From NCBI RefSeq assembly GCF_006345805.1, contig NC_043012.1:36456001-36520000 (forward strand): a stretch of 64,000 nucleotides of DNA, in the 5' to 3' direction. A program made the position numbers and the translations under genes. The notes beneath the pieces are model-generated. The model did not search any database. It was not told where the DNA came from and worked only from the letters and a program-made list of their open reading frames with translations. This document shows positions 1 to 13,500 of this stretch, piece by piece. This DNA is from Octopus sinensis (lineage: Eukaryota). Position 1 is the stretch's first letter. Every line of letters starts with the position of its first letter.

Positions 1-419
1 CTTTGGCATTGGAGAGACCAAAGTTAACCAAGATATCTGAACCCTAGCAGTCAACAATGCAGTGGAACCCTCTAGAATGGACTGTTCAATAAATATGAAA
101 TACTTTCAATAGTACACATCATTGTCAGACACCATCAAAGACTATCTTTGGATTCACTTCTGTTACCTTCTTAACAATAACATCAGTTAATTAACCCACC
201 ACCATCACTCGGCCTTCCTTTGCCTTCAGTTAGGTCTTGTTGAATGCAAACAATTCTTGCTAAATACTGGAATAAACATTGAGTAATAAGTGCTTAGAGC
301 ACACAGGAAATAAGATTTTCTCAAACACCCAGGAGGATCCATAGAGGTAACAGATAGCTTCTATGACCTCAATGATCTAACTTGCAGTGGAGGAGGATGT
401 TCTGAAATGATAGTTACTA

Positions 420-805
420 GGGAAACCTTCTGTTTACGACATAAGATTCTCTCTCTGAGTGAAAACAGATTGTGTGATGCTTGTGTATGAACTGCAATGC
501 TGCATGGGCTCTGAATATCGAAGACATGCAAACACTAGAAAGAAATGGAACAAGCATATGTTGAGAGAAAAACTGGGCATAAGAGGTAAAATGTAATGTG
601 CCAAAGAGAATAAAGCATTGGTATGGGCAAATGATGTGTATAGCTGAGGGCAGCTGTATAAAGAAGTGTCAATCACTAATAGTGCAGAATGAAACCTGTG
701 GAAGAGTAAGGCTAAGTAGTGAGGACTGATCTCGGGATGCTGAGCTGCACAAACGAGATGACTAAAGATCAGAAGGGTTATTAATTTACTGTGCTTGAGA
801 AGGCC
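420..805 (+). mobile_element. Decayed RTE-clade LINE, 3' end of ORF
   Basis: Frame-broken translation: RLCDACV*TAMLHG, ALNIEDMQTLERN, LREKLGIRG, WYGQMM...CIKKCQSLIV...CGR. Confidence 0.75.
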
Positions 806-3550
806 CACTCTTCAAGATAAAACTGTGGTTCTTGAAGCACACGTTTGCACACAATTAGGCTCCCTGCCCTTGTCAAAATCTTCCTCATCTCCCTATCCTT
901 TGTCCCTCTATATCACTCTTCCAATTACTGCATTGTTCTGCTTAAATGAGAGTGGAACCAGTTATCTTCCTTTCTCTCCTCCTGGAACCACATCTCATTC
1001 TTAACATCATCCTCCTTCTCCACCATTTATATTCCTCTGCTGCCAGTCTTCTTCTTCTTTGGACCATTTCCTATTCACTTCCTTTACACCATCTTTTATC
1101 TCCCATCAGTCATCCTCCACTTATGTTTTCCACTCGCTGCATCCACCCTTATGAACTGCTGACCATCTCCATCCTTAACCCTATCTATGTCTCACTCTCC
1201 CCTATATTCTTGGAACCGTTACCTCACTCTCTCACATCATCTCCTTATCATTTCTCTCTGTTCTACAGTATTTTGATGCTCATCGCTCTGTACTGCCAGT
1301 CATCACTTCCTCTCTCCTGAGCTACTTCTATTAACAACCTTCCCTCATTCTTATCACCTTCCCCTGCTCCTCCCCCACTACTTACCAATGACCATTCTTC
1401 ACCTCTTGTTTACCATCCATTACATTAGTCCTTTCTCTTTAACCATCTCTCTCAACCTGCACCCACCCTTCTTGATCTTATGTCCCCACTTTTCACATTT
1501 TTCTACACCCCACCATCTTTACTTCTTTTTCCAGCTCCAACTTGATCACTCCCCCACCCCATTTTATATAATGCAGAATTACTGTGTACCTCCTCCCCCT
1601 CCTCTACAACAACAAACCTGTTCCTGTCTCCTTCCCAACTCCAGCATAAAACCTCTTCAGTTTTCACTATCCTCTCACTCAGTTGACGTGGGTCTTTTGT
1701 CTTGTTAGTTACCTGGCAACCTCACTAATGCTGGTGCCAAAGGAAAACAAAAACAAGGATCCAGTACAATCTGTAAAATGACTAGTGTGAGGAAGGGTAA
1801 CCCACTATAGAAACCATGCCAAAATTTTAGTTTGTTGAGCATCCATAGAAAGTGGATATGAAACGATGATGGTGATAATGCTAGAGTGTAAAGATTACAT
1901 GTAAGAGGGGACAGCTGACCAATAATATATTTGTGGGCACATTACATCAAAATCAAATTACATTTAAATGGAAATTGTAGTTGGGATCCCCATGCTGGTG
2001 GCACATAAAAAGCACCACCTGAACATGGCTGATGCCAGTGCCGCCTTGACTAGCTTCCATGCAGGTGACACGTAAAAAGCACCATCCAATCGTGGTTGAT
2101 GCCAGCCCCCTTCTGGCTCCTGTGCCGGTGACATGTAAAAAAGCACCCACTACACTCTTGGAGTGGTTGACGTTAGGAAGGGCATCCAGCTGTAGAAACA
2201 CTGTCAGATCAGATTGGAGCCTGGTGCAGCCTCCTGGCTTCCCAGACCCCAGTCAAACCGTCCAACCCATGTCAGCATGGAAAGCAGATGTTGAACGATG
2301 ATGATGATAATTATGGCCAAATGATTAAGAAGTTTGCCTTTGCAACCACAAGGTCTTGGGTTCAATACCACTGCATGGCATCCTGGGTAAATGTTACTTT
2401 TCATAACCTCAGGTTGATCTGTACCCTGTGGGTAAAATCAGGCTGACAGAAAGTATATAGAAGGTCATTGAGTGGATTGTACCTGTGGTTTTATAATGGC
2501 ACTGCCTTGTCACACGGAGTCTGAGAATTGCATTAAGAGTATGCAGGAGTGGCTGTGTGGTAAGTAGCTTGCTTACCAACCACATGGTTCTGGGTTCATT
2601 CCCACTGCGTGGCACTTTGGGCAAGTGTCTTCTACTATAGCCTCAGGCCGACCAAAGCCTTGTGAGTGGATTTGGTAGATGAAAACTGAAATATATATAT
2701 GTGTGTGTGTGTTTATGTGTATGTTTACGTCCCTGTAACTTAGCGGTTCAGCAAAAGGGACCAATAAAATAAGTACTAGGCTTACAAAGAATAAGTCCTG
2801 GGGTCGATTTGCTCGACTAAAGGCAGTGCTCTTGCATGGCCACAGTCAAATGACTGAAACACGTAAAAGAGTAAAAGAGATATCTGTAGAATACTTGGCC
2901 ACTTACACGTTAGATCAGAAGCATGTAGGTTAGGATATTCAACTCAGTCGTATGGTCAGGGGTTCAATTCTGTGCAGTGTGCTGTAGTCTTGAGCAAGAC
3001 ATTTTATTTCACATTACTCCAGTCGACTCACCTGGCAGAAATGAACTGTACCTGTAATTTAAGAAGGGCCAGCCTTGTCACATTATGTGTCGCGCTGATT
3101 TTCCCTGAGAACTGCATTAAGAGCACATGTCTGTGGAGCACTCAGCCACCTGCATGTTAATTTCACGAGCAGACTGTTCCGTTGACCAAAATCAACTGGA
3201 ACTCTCATTGTCGTAACCGATGGAGTGTTGTTTATTTAATTCCGGTGCGGATAATATGGTTGATCGAACAAGGGAAACCTCATCGTGGAACAACAGTTCC
3301 ACCAACACCATTTGGATTCTTTTAAATTTACAACAGCATCATCTCCACTGCCACCACACAACCATCGTCCCTACTAACTCTATTGATACTCCATATCATC
3401 ATCATCATCATCACTGTTATCATCTCTATTAACACTGCACAGTAACTCCTATCTCCTCCACCACCACCTCTGCTACTTATGTTTTCTGTGCTGCACACTG
3501 ACCTAACCTACTTTAGTTTGGCCTCTGTGAGGTGGTTTCAAAGTGATCAT

Positions 3551-3790
3551 CACCACCACCACCACCATCATCGCCGTCACCACCACCACCACCATCATCG
3601 CCGTCACCACCACCACCACCATCATCGCCGTCACCACCACCACCACCATCATCGCCGTCACCACCACCGCCACCATCATCGCCGTCACCACCACCACCAC
3701 CATCATCGCCGTCACCACCACCACCACCATCATCGCCATCACCACCATCACTGTCATCATTGCCGCCACCGCCCACCACCATCACCACCA
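3551..3790. repeat. 27-bp (CAC)5(CAT)2CGCCGT higher-order trinucleotide repeat, about 7 copies
   Basis: Direct reading; yields RRHHHHHHH periodic ORFs. Confidence 0.95.
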
Positions 3791-6557
3791 TCTTTCCTCG
3801 CTGACATAATGTACAAGAAGGTTACTAAATAATATCCCCTGTCATCTCACGTGCAAGACCCCCCAGGGTCAACAGGTCTGACTTTTTCTGAACTTCCAGC
3901 TTCTCTTTTCCTTTTGTCTTAATCTTAAATATTTCTATTAACATCAAACAATTCTACTCAACATTCTCTCTCTCTCTCTCTCCCTCTCTCTCTCTCCCCC
4001 TCTCTCATTCTCCCTATCCCTTTCTCTCTCTCTCTCTCTCTCTGTTTGAAAACCTAAACTTAATCAAATACAATTTGCTACTGGCCTGTTTAGTGTGTGT
4101 GTGTGTGTGTGTGTGTTTGGCTTTTAACCTATCATTAAAGAACCCAGATCAATAATTGGTACTTGTTGCACTGAATGAAATGATAACGTTGCTGCTCTCC
4201 TATGTTTTGGTTGAAGCAGGTGGAAAGAAGGTAAGCTTAATCCTGTATAATGTCAGAACTGATCTGCCTACCTGTGTAGGCAGTTCTGTATACAGGTGAA
4301 CATGATCAAAAACATAAGATATTGAACAGTTCGACTGATTTGTGCCAAGAGATTATCACAGTTTACTGACGGATATTGTGGGTTGGATGTTCTTTGAGAT
4401 CATCATTATTGATGTTTAATATCCACTTTTCTATGCTCGCTTGTGTTCAGAAAACTGCTGTTGACTGCCGTAAAAGGAGAGCTGCTCTATTAGATCTCAT
4501 GTTCTCACCATTTACAATGACCTTTTGTGGCATCTCTTGAACCTTCTTGGATTGAAAAAAAGCAACATGTTCAGTCCCAGATCAGTTTTGATTGGTCAGA
4601 TCTAAGTTCAGATGTTCCACCCATAGCCATCACATATATTCTTCAGATGTAGTATATCTTGGACTACATTATCCAGTGTATCCTTTCTAATTTAAGATTA
4701 GAATGTAATTTGAAAGAAGTTTTGGCTGCTATTTTTAGCATGTTGAGAGACCACATAAAGCTTCCGCATCAGCTCGCATTGTAATAATAGTTGTTTAACC
4801 CCCTGCTCATTCCTGATCTAGCACTCATATAATCAGCCATTCCAACTCTGACCATCACAGCTTCTTAGTAAATCAAGAAATACATTATCCAATTTGTCCT
4901 TTTAAATGTTAAGGTATGGTTCAAAAAAATGTGCCTGCTATTTCTAGCACATCAGACAACCTTAGTAGAAACTCCTTCATGTTACACTGATAATTATTAA
5001 GAAGTTAAAATGTTCAACTGGAACCAAGACATTTGTCACAGAATCAGTGTGATAACAGTTTACCTTCTCACTATACCATAGTCCCAGTTCCATACCAGTG
5101 TGTCTCTACACCAGACACGGGAAATTTTATTCGAGAGGTGGGTCACGTGAGACATGGCTCATCCTCAGGCAGGCTGCATTACTAAAAAGAAACTCATGGT
5201 AATTTTTGTTTTTTATGGTGTGCCATCCAAAATGTCCCACTGGCACAGTTTGCTCATGGCTGAATTACACCATACCGCTGTTTCTGTGTTGCAGCACCTA
5301 CCGGTGCTCCATTCCACCCCAGTCACATGGTTCTGGGTTCAATCCCTCTGTGTGGCATCTTGGACAAGTGTCTTCTATTATGGCCTCAGGCCAACCGAAG
5401 CTGTAGGAATAGATTTGATAGATGGAAACTGAAAGAAGTCTGTCGTGTGTGGTGGGGTGGTTGTCCACCCACCACTGCTTGACAACTGGTGTTGGTGTGT
5501 TTATGTCCCTTGTAACTTAGTGGTTTGGCAAAGGAGATGGATGGAATAAGTACCACACTTTGAAAAAAATAGATAAATAGGGAGTCGACTCATTCAACTA
5601 AGAATTCTTCAAGATGGTGCCCCAGCATGGCCACAGTGTAATGACTAAAACAAGTAAAAGATAAAAAAAGATTCATTTATTCAGAAAATAGAAAGGAATC
5701 CCTAATAAGATTTACAGAGGTATGAAGGGAAACTTATGAGTAGGAGAGCCACAACAAAACTTTTTACATGGCCCTGGATGACATAATTAGTGGTAATTAC
5801 TGTGTGCTTGAAGTTGTTGTTTAACCATAGGTCAGTCTTCATACAGAAGGCAGTGAGCTGGCAGAAATGTTAGCACGCTGGGTGAAATGCTTTGCGGTAT
5901 TTCATCTGTCTTTAGGAATAGGTATTTCGTCTGTCTTTACGTTCCGAGTTCAAATTCCACCGAGGTCAACTTTGCCTTTCATCCTTTCGGGGTCGATAAA
6001 TTAAGTACTAGTTACGCACTGGGGTCGTTGTAATCGACTTAATTCCTTTGTCTGTCCTTGTTTGTCCCCTCTATATTTAGCTCCTTGTGGGCAATGAAGA
6101 AATAAGAAGGTGCGTAATCAATTAGAACTACATGATCTAGTGTGGTCTTCCTCTTTATTCAAGATGGTATGAATTGATGCCGATTTGGCTGCTGCTTCTT
6201 GTTGCTTGAATGACTGCATAAAGGCTCCCCTGTTGACTTGTTTAAGCAGTTGCATTAATCTTTCTACAAAATATGAGGCATGTGTAATGGAGTGGGTGGG
6301 GTAGTGTAGGAGGGTGGCTGTAGAGGAAATGGTGAGGTGGGTGTTAGATGTGTGATGGTGTACGGTAGTAGAAGATGAAGAGAGGATGTAACGGCCTGAT
6401 TGAGGCTGGTATGAGAAGTGTGATGTGGGGCAGATGGAGGTAAACTGCAACAAAGATGGAAGCAATGCAAGAGAAATGAGTCAAATATATTTGATGTTGA
6501 TGATAAACTTGTAAGAAAGGTCAAGTGCAAGAGAGTTGAGATAATGCGATTAGGAGG

Positions 6558-6591
<34 letters not shown>

Positions 6592-8876
6592 CACATGTTG
6601 ATATGGACATGTCATATGACTTGATATGCTTCTGTCTAATACATACACACACACACACATGGACATGTGTGGGGTGGGTATGGAGATTGTTGTAATTTTC
6701 TGATTGCTTAGCTTAAATCTCTCTGAAGTCCCTTACACAATTCTACAATTAAGATGGTCCCATTTCCAAACAATTTGTGTTGGAGAGAAATCTCTGTAGC
6801 AGAGAATCCATTACTAATGAACGTTCTTAATTACATACAAAAGCAACAACAGCAAAACATTATCAGAAGGAAGAACTCAATACAGGAAGGGTTAGAATTT
6901 ATTGAAAACCAAACAATAGAAAAACTGATAGTCTCTTCAAAGCTTCACCGAGTCTGCTTTTCGCAAACTGCAACAATGGATTTAGGAATTTTTGTCTGAA
7001 TATGTGAGGGGTTTAAGAAGATGGAGCAAAAGAAGCTGAAAGATGAAGTATAATGATGGAGGAAAGAAAAGTAAAATGATTCTTCTTCTTCTTTCTAAAT
7101 CCCTTACATCTAAGCCCCTTACATTCATTTTGGTAACGAGTCCCAATTCCGTCTTGAACCCTTTTATTACTGACCTATCTCAGGCCAAACCCTGGTCCTA
7201 CGACACAAATGTCCTGTTTTAAAACGATCCAAATTAAAACCTTCCCGCTAATTTTCCTGTTAATTTCTGGTTGAAACTCTTGCTTAGTTTATGAGAGTCA
7301 TTTCATCGTTCTGTTTATCTTTTACTTGTTTCAGTCATGAGACTGTCGCCATGCTGGAGCAATGCCCTGAAGAATTTTTAGGTGAATGAATCAACCCCAC
7401 CAGGACTTATTTTTCGTTTTTTAAGCCTGGTACTTACTCTATTGGTCTTTTTTGCCAAACTGCTAAGTCACAGGGACGTAAACACACCAACACCAGTTGT
7501 CAAGTGGTGGTGGAGGACAAACACACACACACACACACATATGCATTTACATTGGGCTTCTTTCAGTTTCCATCCACACAGAAAGCTCTGGTTGGCCTGA
7601 AGCTACACAAGAAGGCATTTGCCCAAGGTGCCATGCAGTGGAACTGAACCCAGAACCATGTGGTTGGGAAGTGTGCTTCTTCAAAATTAATTGGAACAAA
7701 GTCAGTGTATTTCAGCAGAAATATGGAAGCAAAATGGTTACAGTTTGGTTACCCTTGTGGGGTAATATTTGTGAAACTTTGAACATGCTATGTTAGGGAA
7801 TGTAGAACTTTCAGGAACATTTGTAATTTTCAAAAGATGGTAAGAATTCGTCATCAATTGATGTTTGTTTTTTTTCCATGTTTGTATTGGCTGGACAGTT
7901 TCTATAGAATCTGGTGAGTCAGAGAGTTGCGTCAGGCTCCAGTGTCAACTTTGGCATGGCATCTATGGCTGGATGCCTTTCCTAACACCAATGACCGCAA
8001 TGTGCGTTGGTGTTATCATTCCACACCGTCACTGGTGAGGTTGCCAAGTAACTTGCAAGAGGGGAAAGGGAAAGAAAGTCCCCTTGACTAAGCTTGACGG
8101 TGGGAGGGAGGGGGGAGTATCTGAAAGGGAGAAATGGCTTAATGCCAGGTGTTTGGGGTGGGGGTTAAAGTATGAGAGAAGGACATGCACAAGTGTGTTG
8201 CTATAGTGAAGATATATGGCTGCTCTGCATTGTACAAAGGTGGATGGGAGTAGCTGGGAAGAAGATGAGATGGTTGGTGATATGGTGGCAGAATAAGCCC
8301 TCAAGTATATGTGATATATGTATGGTCGGGGCCATGCAGTCAGTCGTTATGTGCTTGTTGTCACGTTGACAGTGTACACGTAGATTTTTAAGTATGAAGA
8401 CCTGCCAATCATTTGGAGTTTCAAGTAATTCTCTTCTGAGTAAACCTGTCATTTCACGTAGCTTTGTTTTGTTTCTTTGTATCCAGAAGCAATGTTTTTA
8501 TGATTTAAATGCTGTCATTGCATACTTGAAATATTATAAATCTGAGTGGGAGGTGAGTTTGTCTTTCTTAAAGTAAGCTTATTGCAATGACATCTTCATT
8601 TCAAATGAAACAAAAATTAGTCGTTCATACAAAAACATGGTAAAACAGCATCGACTCTTTTGTGTAAAATGTCTGGCCAAAAAGTTGTCAGGCAACTTGT
8701 GTTGTGTTTGTGTCTGCATGGGTGATACATTTAGAGCAAAAGGTATGTTTAGAGTAAGAGGTATGCCAACTCTAAGGTTGAATTTTGGAAATGAACTAAT
8801 GAAGGACATCTGCTATTTTCAAGGCTAGATTGTGTAACATTTGCCTTTTTTTTTTCTTTCTTTTTTTCCCTCCAAG

Positions 8877-8964
8877 TTCTTCATTTAATTCAAATTAACT
8901 TAGACAAATGCTTCGAGGAGGAGTGTAAAGAACTTGGGCTGTGCTGGCTCGGCTGGTTTTGTGG
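8877..8964 (+). other. Candidate non-coding (5' UTR) exon
   Basis: About 35-nt polypyrimidine tract ending ccctccaag at 8876, TGTAAC upstream, and donor-like GG|GTGAGA at 8965, in non-repetitive sequence. No transcript evidence. Confidence 0.3.
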
Positions 8965-9769
8965 GTGAGAGATTTCTCACTTAGGAAATGTGCAAAGGAT
9001 GTCTTCGATTTTTCCAGTAAAGTCAGACATCTTGTCTTTTGTCTGTTTGATTTATGGAAATAAACATCTTTAGAAACAGGAAGAGCATTAGCAAAAGAAA
9101 ACGATCTTGGTAGACGCCTAGCTAATTTATATTTGCTTTCTAATCAATTTTGAAATCTCATTAATTCTCAGATTTTTTTCTCTGTTGGTCTGCAGAATGG
9201 ATTCTTTCGCTTGGTTCTATTATTATTTTCCACTGGAATTATGAACATATTTCAAATATTTTTGCCTTGTTTACATACTTCTAAGAGAAAAATGTTGCTG
9301 CAAGTCAAAATGGAGAAAATTTTTCTTTCTGCTAAAAACGTCTGAAGTCAAGTTTCCATGTAATTTGTCAGCCAATTCTCATTTCCGAATCAATAAAACT
9401 TGAAGTGAATTTAAAATGCTGAAGAGGAGGAGAGAGGAAAAAGTCTTTGGAAAATATCAGGTTATGAATTTCTGTCTAACTATGTGTTTTATTTAATAAA
9501 AGAATATAAGTCGCTACCATTACTGCTATTACTGCTGCTGTTGCCGTTCCATGACCAACAAGCTGGTAGTTATAGAATATGAAGAATTACCGTTGTCTTC
9601 ATTGCTCTGTTAGCTTAAATTTAGAAAAACCAGAAATAGAGGGAGGATGGAATAATCTCCAGCCAATTGTTGATCTAAATCGTTTGCTGGAAGAAACTAC
9701 CCATCACTGAATCAGATTATATTTCCACTGATGCTATTGTTTGTCAATAAAGCAGAGATAGGGCAATGT

Positions 9770-10100
9770 TGTATACAATTACAGTGTGTATATTGTTAAT
9801 ATGTAATTACAGAGTGTGAGTATTGTAAATATATAAATAGATAGTGCATATATTATTGTATGTAATTTGCGTGTATATGTTATAAATATTATGCAATAGC
9901 AGTGTGTGTATATATTAACTTAATGTAATTAGTGTGTTATGTAATTACAATATATTATCTAATTATAATGTGTATGTATTATTAATCTTATATAATTTCA
10001 GTTTGCATATATTAACTTACATAATTAGAGCGTGTGTATTATATAATTACAATGTATATATTATCTAATTACAGAGTGTATATGCTGTTAATGTTACGTA
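9770..10100. repeat. Degenerate AT-rich ~30-bp minisatellite
   Basis: Recurring TAATTACAGTGTGTATATT. Confidence 0.7.
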
Positions 10101-10530
10101 ATGATTCTGTTTTAATATAGAATTGTGCTTTATTTTTCACTAAATATTTTATAAAGATTTCATCAGTGAAGCTTATGACACTGATTGTTTTGTTTTTTGT
10201 TTTTTTTTAATTTCTACATTATATAGGAACGTGTGTGTGTGTATGTGTGTGTCTGGAGAAGTACTTAGCTGATCTGTTTATCAAAGCTCTGATTTGAACA
10301 CCTGTTTGTTTCCCCCCATAAATATAAGCTATCTTCATATACGTTTCAGGTTTGTTTCACCATCTGATAAGAAACGGTTCTGCCGTCTGGGTAGGAGGAG
10401 GGCTGGGTGTTGGGAGAGGTCAATAGTCACTGAAGTTATTCACTACCAAATATATATATTATGTAAAACTTTACATTCTTAATTACTCCACTGATTAAAT
10501 TACTCGTTTCAAAGGGAGGGCTTTTTGGCA

Positions 10531-10557
10531 TGACGTCACAAGATCCTGTCACATGAC
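10531..10557. promoter_or_regulatory. Candidate enhancer/promoter core: palindromic CRE next to an M-box/CLEAR-like E-box
   Basis: TGACGTCA 10531-38 and GTCACATGAC 10548-57 in non-repetitive sequence; motif match only. Confidence 0.3.
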
Positions 10558-13500
10558 TGTTACAGTGATATCTTGTTATTGTAGCGTCAGGTTTGTAATA
10601 GCATCAGCCGTGGTGTGATGGTTCTTTTCTTCAGTCAGCATCTCTATTTTCATGACTAATCTCTGATATTTACTAAACTACCAAGAAATATTTCTGATAT
10701 TTAAAACTGCATTCTTCACGGTGAATTCTCTGTGATGTGAAAATATTTCTTGCAGAGCAGCCATCAACCTTAAAAAGAGGCAAGATGTGCAGTTTTAAAA
10801 GATCTTCATTGAAACCAAATTGGTAATTAGGAAGACAACTCTGGGTAGATTTCTGGAGATAATAAAACTAATAATAATCCTCTCCAATGTTTGTGTATTT
10901 TTATCAGTCACATAAAATGGTTTCTCTTTTATTTGTTTACAGTCATTGGACTGTGGCCATACTGGGGCAGTGCTTTGAAGGGATTTTAGTCAAATTGGTG
11001 CTGGTGCCACATGGAAAGCACCCCCATACACTCAGTAAAGTGGCTGGCATTAGGAAGGACATCTAGTCATAGAAACCATGTCAAAACAGACAGTGGAACC
11101 TTGAGCGGCTCCTGGCCTTGCCAGCTCCTGTCAAACTGTCCAACCCATGCCAGCATGGAAAATGGGATTTAATTGCTGATGAAATTGTGTCAGTACTTTT
11201 TTTTTTTTTTTTGAAGTCTGGTATTTATTCTATCTCTTTTGTGAAGGGGATGTAAACAAACCAACATCAGTTGTGAAGCATTGTGTATGGGAGATAAACA
11301 CAAAGGCTTAGGCACACACACAATCACACAACAGGCTTCCACACTTTCTGTCTACCAAATTGACACACAAGGCATTGGTCAGTCTGTGTCTGTAGCAGAA
11401 AACATTTGTCCAAGATGCCATGGAGTGGGACTGAACCGAAAACCATACCCTTCATTGCAAAAAGAGCTTCTTAACACACAACTATATCTCTCTATATCCT
11501 ATGTCTATATTCTTTGCCTCAGGTTAACAAACAATTGTGTCTACTCTTCCCCCACTCCCACAACAAGTTTGTTTTATATCCTGGAATTTTCAGGAGGGAA
11601 ATACTAAGGTTGTTTCCGTGTTATATTCCTTTGGATGTCATTTTACAAGATACCATTTCGTCCAGTCTATTTCACTCTGAATATCTTTCACTGGTGTATA
11701 TACTTTTCTAATCTAAGCACAAGACCCGAAATTTTGGGGGAGGGGGCCAGTCGATTAGATTGATCCCAGTACGCAACTAGTACTTAATATATCGACCCCG
11801 AAAGGATGAAATGCAAAGTCGACCTCAGCAGAATTTGAACTCAGAACATAAAAACAGACGAAATACTGCTAAGCATTTGCCCGACATGCTAGCGTCTCTG
11901 CCAGCTTGCCACCTTACTGCTGTATATTAGTGAAGGATGGAAACATTGACAAGGAAAGCAAATGAGTTTCCTTTTGTGAATAAAGGTCCTCATAACATTT
12001 GTGTCCTAGGTGCGGGAGTGGCTGTGTGGTAAGTAGCTTGCTTACTAACCACTTGATTCCAGGTTCAGTCCCACTGCATGGCACCTTGGACAAGTGTCTT
12101 CTACTATAGCCTCGGACCGACCAAAGCCTTGTGAGTGGATTTGGTAGACGGAAACTGAAAGAAGCCCATCATATATATGTATATATATGTGTTTGTGTGT
12201 CTGTGTTTGTCCCCGCCAACATTGCTTGACAACCAAAGCTGGTGTGTTTACGTCCCTGTAACTTAGCGGGTCGGCAAAAGAGACCGATAGAATAAGTACT
12301 AGGCGTACAAAGAATAAGTCCTGGGGTCGATTTGCTTGACTAAAGGTGGTGCTCTAGCATGGCCACAGTCAAATGACTAAAACAATTAAAAGAGTAGGGA
12401 TTTCATGGTTGATGCCAGGACTGCCTGACTGATCCTAGTGCTGGTGGCATGTAAAAAGCACCTATTGCACTCTTGGAGTGGTTGGCATTAGGAAGGGCAT
12501 CCAGCTGTAGAAACCTTGCCAGATTAGATTGGAGTCTGGTACAGCCTTCAGTACCATCCAACCCATGCCGGCATGGAAAGCGGACATTAAACAATGATGA
12601 TGGGGATGATGGATTAACCAATTGGAGAATTGTAACCAAAGAGGCCTATTCTTCACAATTGCTATATAAGATAAACTGAATTTATTTCTGTACTCTAGGT
12701 GCAGACATAGCTGTGTAGTTAGGAAGCTTGCTTTGCAACCATATGATCTCAGGTTCAGTCCTAACGCTTGGCACCTTGGGCAAATGTCATCTATATTCCC
12801 AGCCAAACCAATGCCTTGCAAGTAAATTTGGTTGATGGAAACTGTGTGGAAGCCCATTTTGTGTGTGTGGTATTTGTGTTTGTCTCCCCTCCACTTGTTT
12901 TGTTTGTGATTCCAAAGTAGTTTGGCAAACAAAACTGAGAGTGAAAGTACCAAACTTGAAAATAAGTTCTGGGGTTGATATGTTTAACTAAACCCTTCAA
13001 GATGGTGCCCCAGCATGACCGTAGCCCAGTGATTGTAACAGGTTAAAAAGAAAAAAAAGGTGAAAGACAAGTTATTACCCTCATAAAACCATAAAACCTC
13101 CCTCATGTTCCTTCGTCTTTCTTCTCTAATCTCACCCATTGAAACTATAATTCATCATCATCATCATCATCATTTAACGTCCGCTTTCCATGCTAGCATG
13201 GGTTGGACGATTTTGACTGAGGACTGGCAAGCCAGAAGGCTGCACCAGGCTCCAATCTTGATCTGGCAGAGTTTCTACAGCTCGATGCCCTTCCTAACGC
13301 CAACCACTCCAAGAGTGTAGTGGGTGCTTTTTACATGCCACCGGCACGGGGGCCAGTCAGGCGGTACTGGCAACGACCTCGCTCAAATCTTTTTACACAT
13401 GCCACCAGCACAGATGCCAGTAAGGCAACGTTGGTAACGATTCAGTGAAAGATCAATTTTTTATTGATAGCTTATAAGAAATACTGACTTGGTAATGTCT

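Noticed and set aside
2543-2620. tRNA-like A and B boxes (many copies in the window)
   Set aside because: They are SINE heads followed by SINE bodies; no complete cloverleaf could be drawn.
3479-3832. His-rich, Gly/Asp-rich and Thr-rich ORFs
   Set aside because: All frames are open only because of the stop-free 27-bp CAC/CAT repeat; no splice or homology support.
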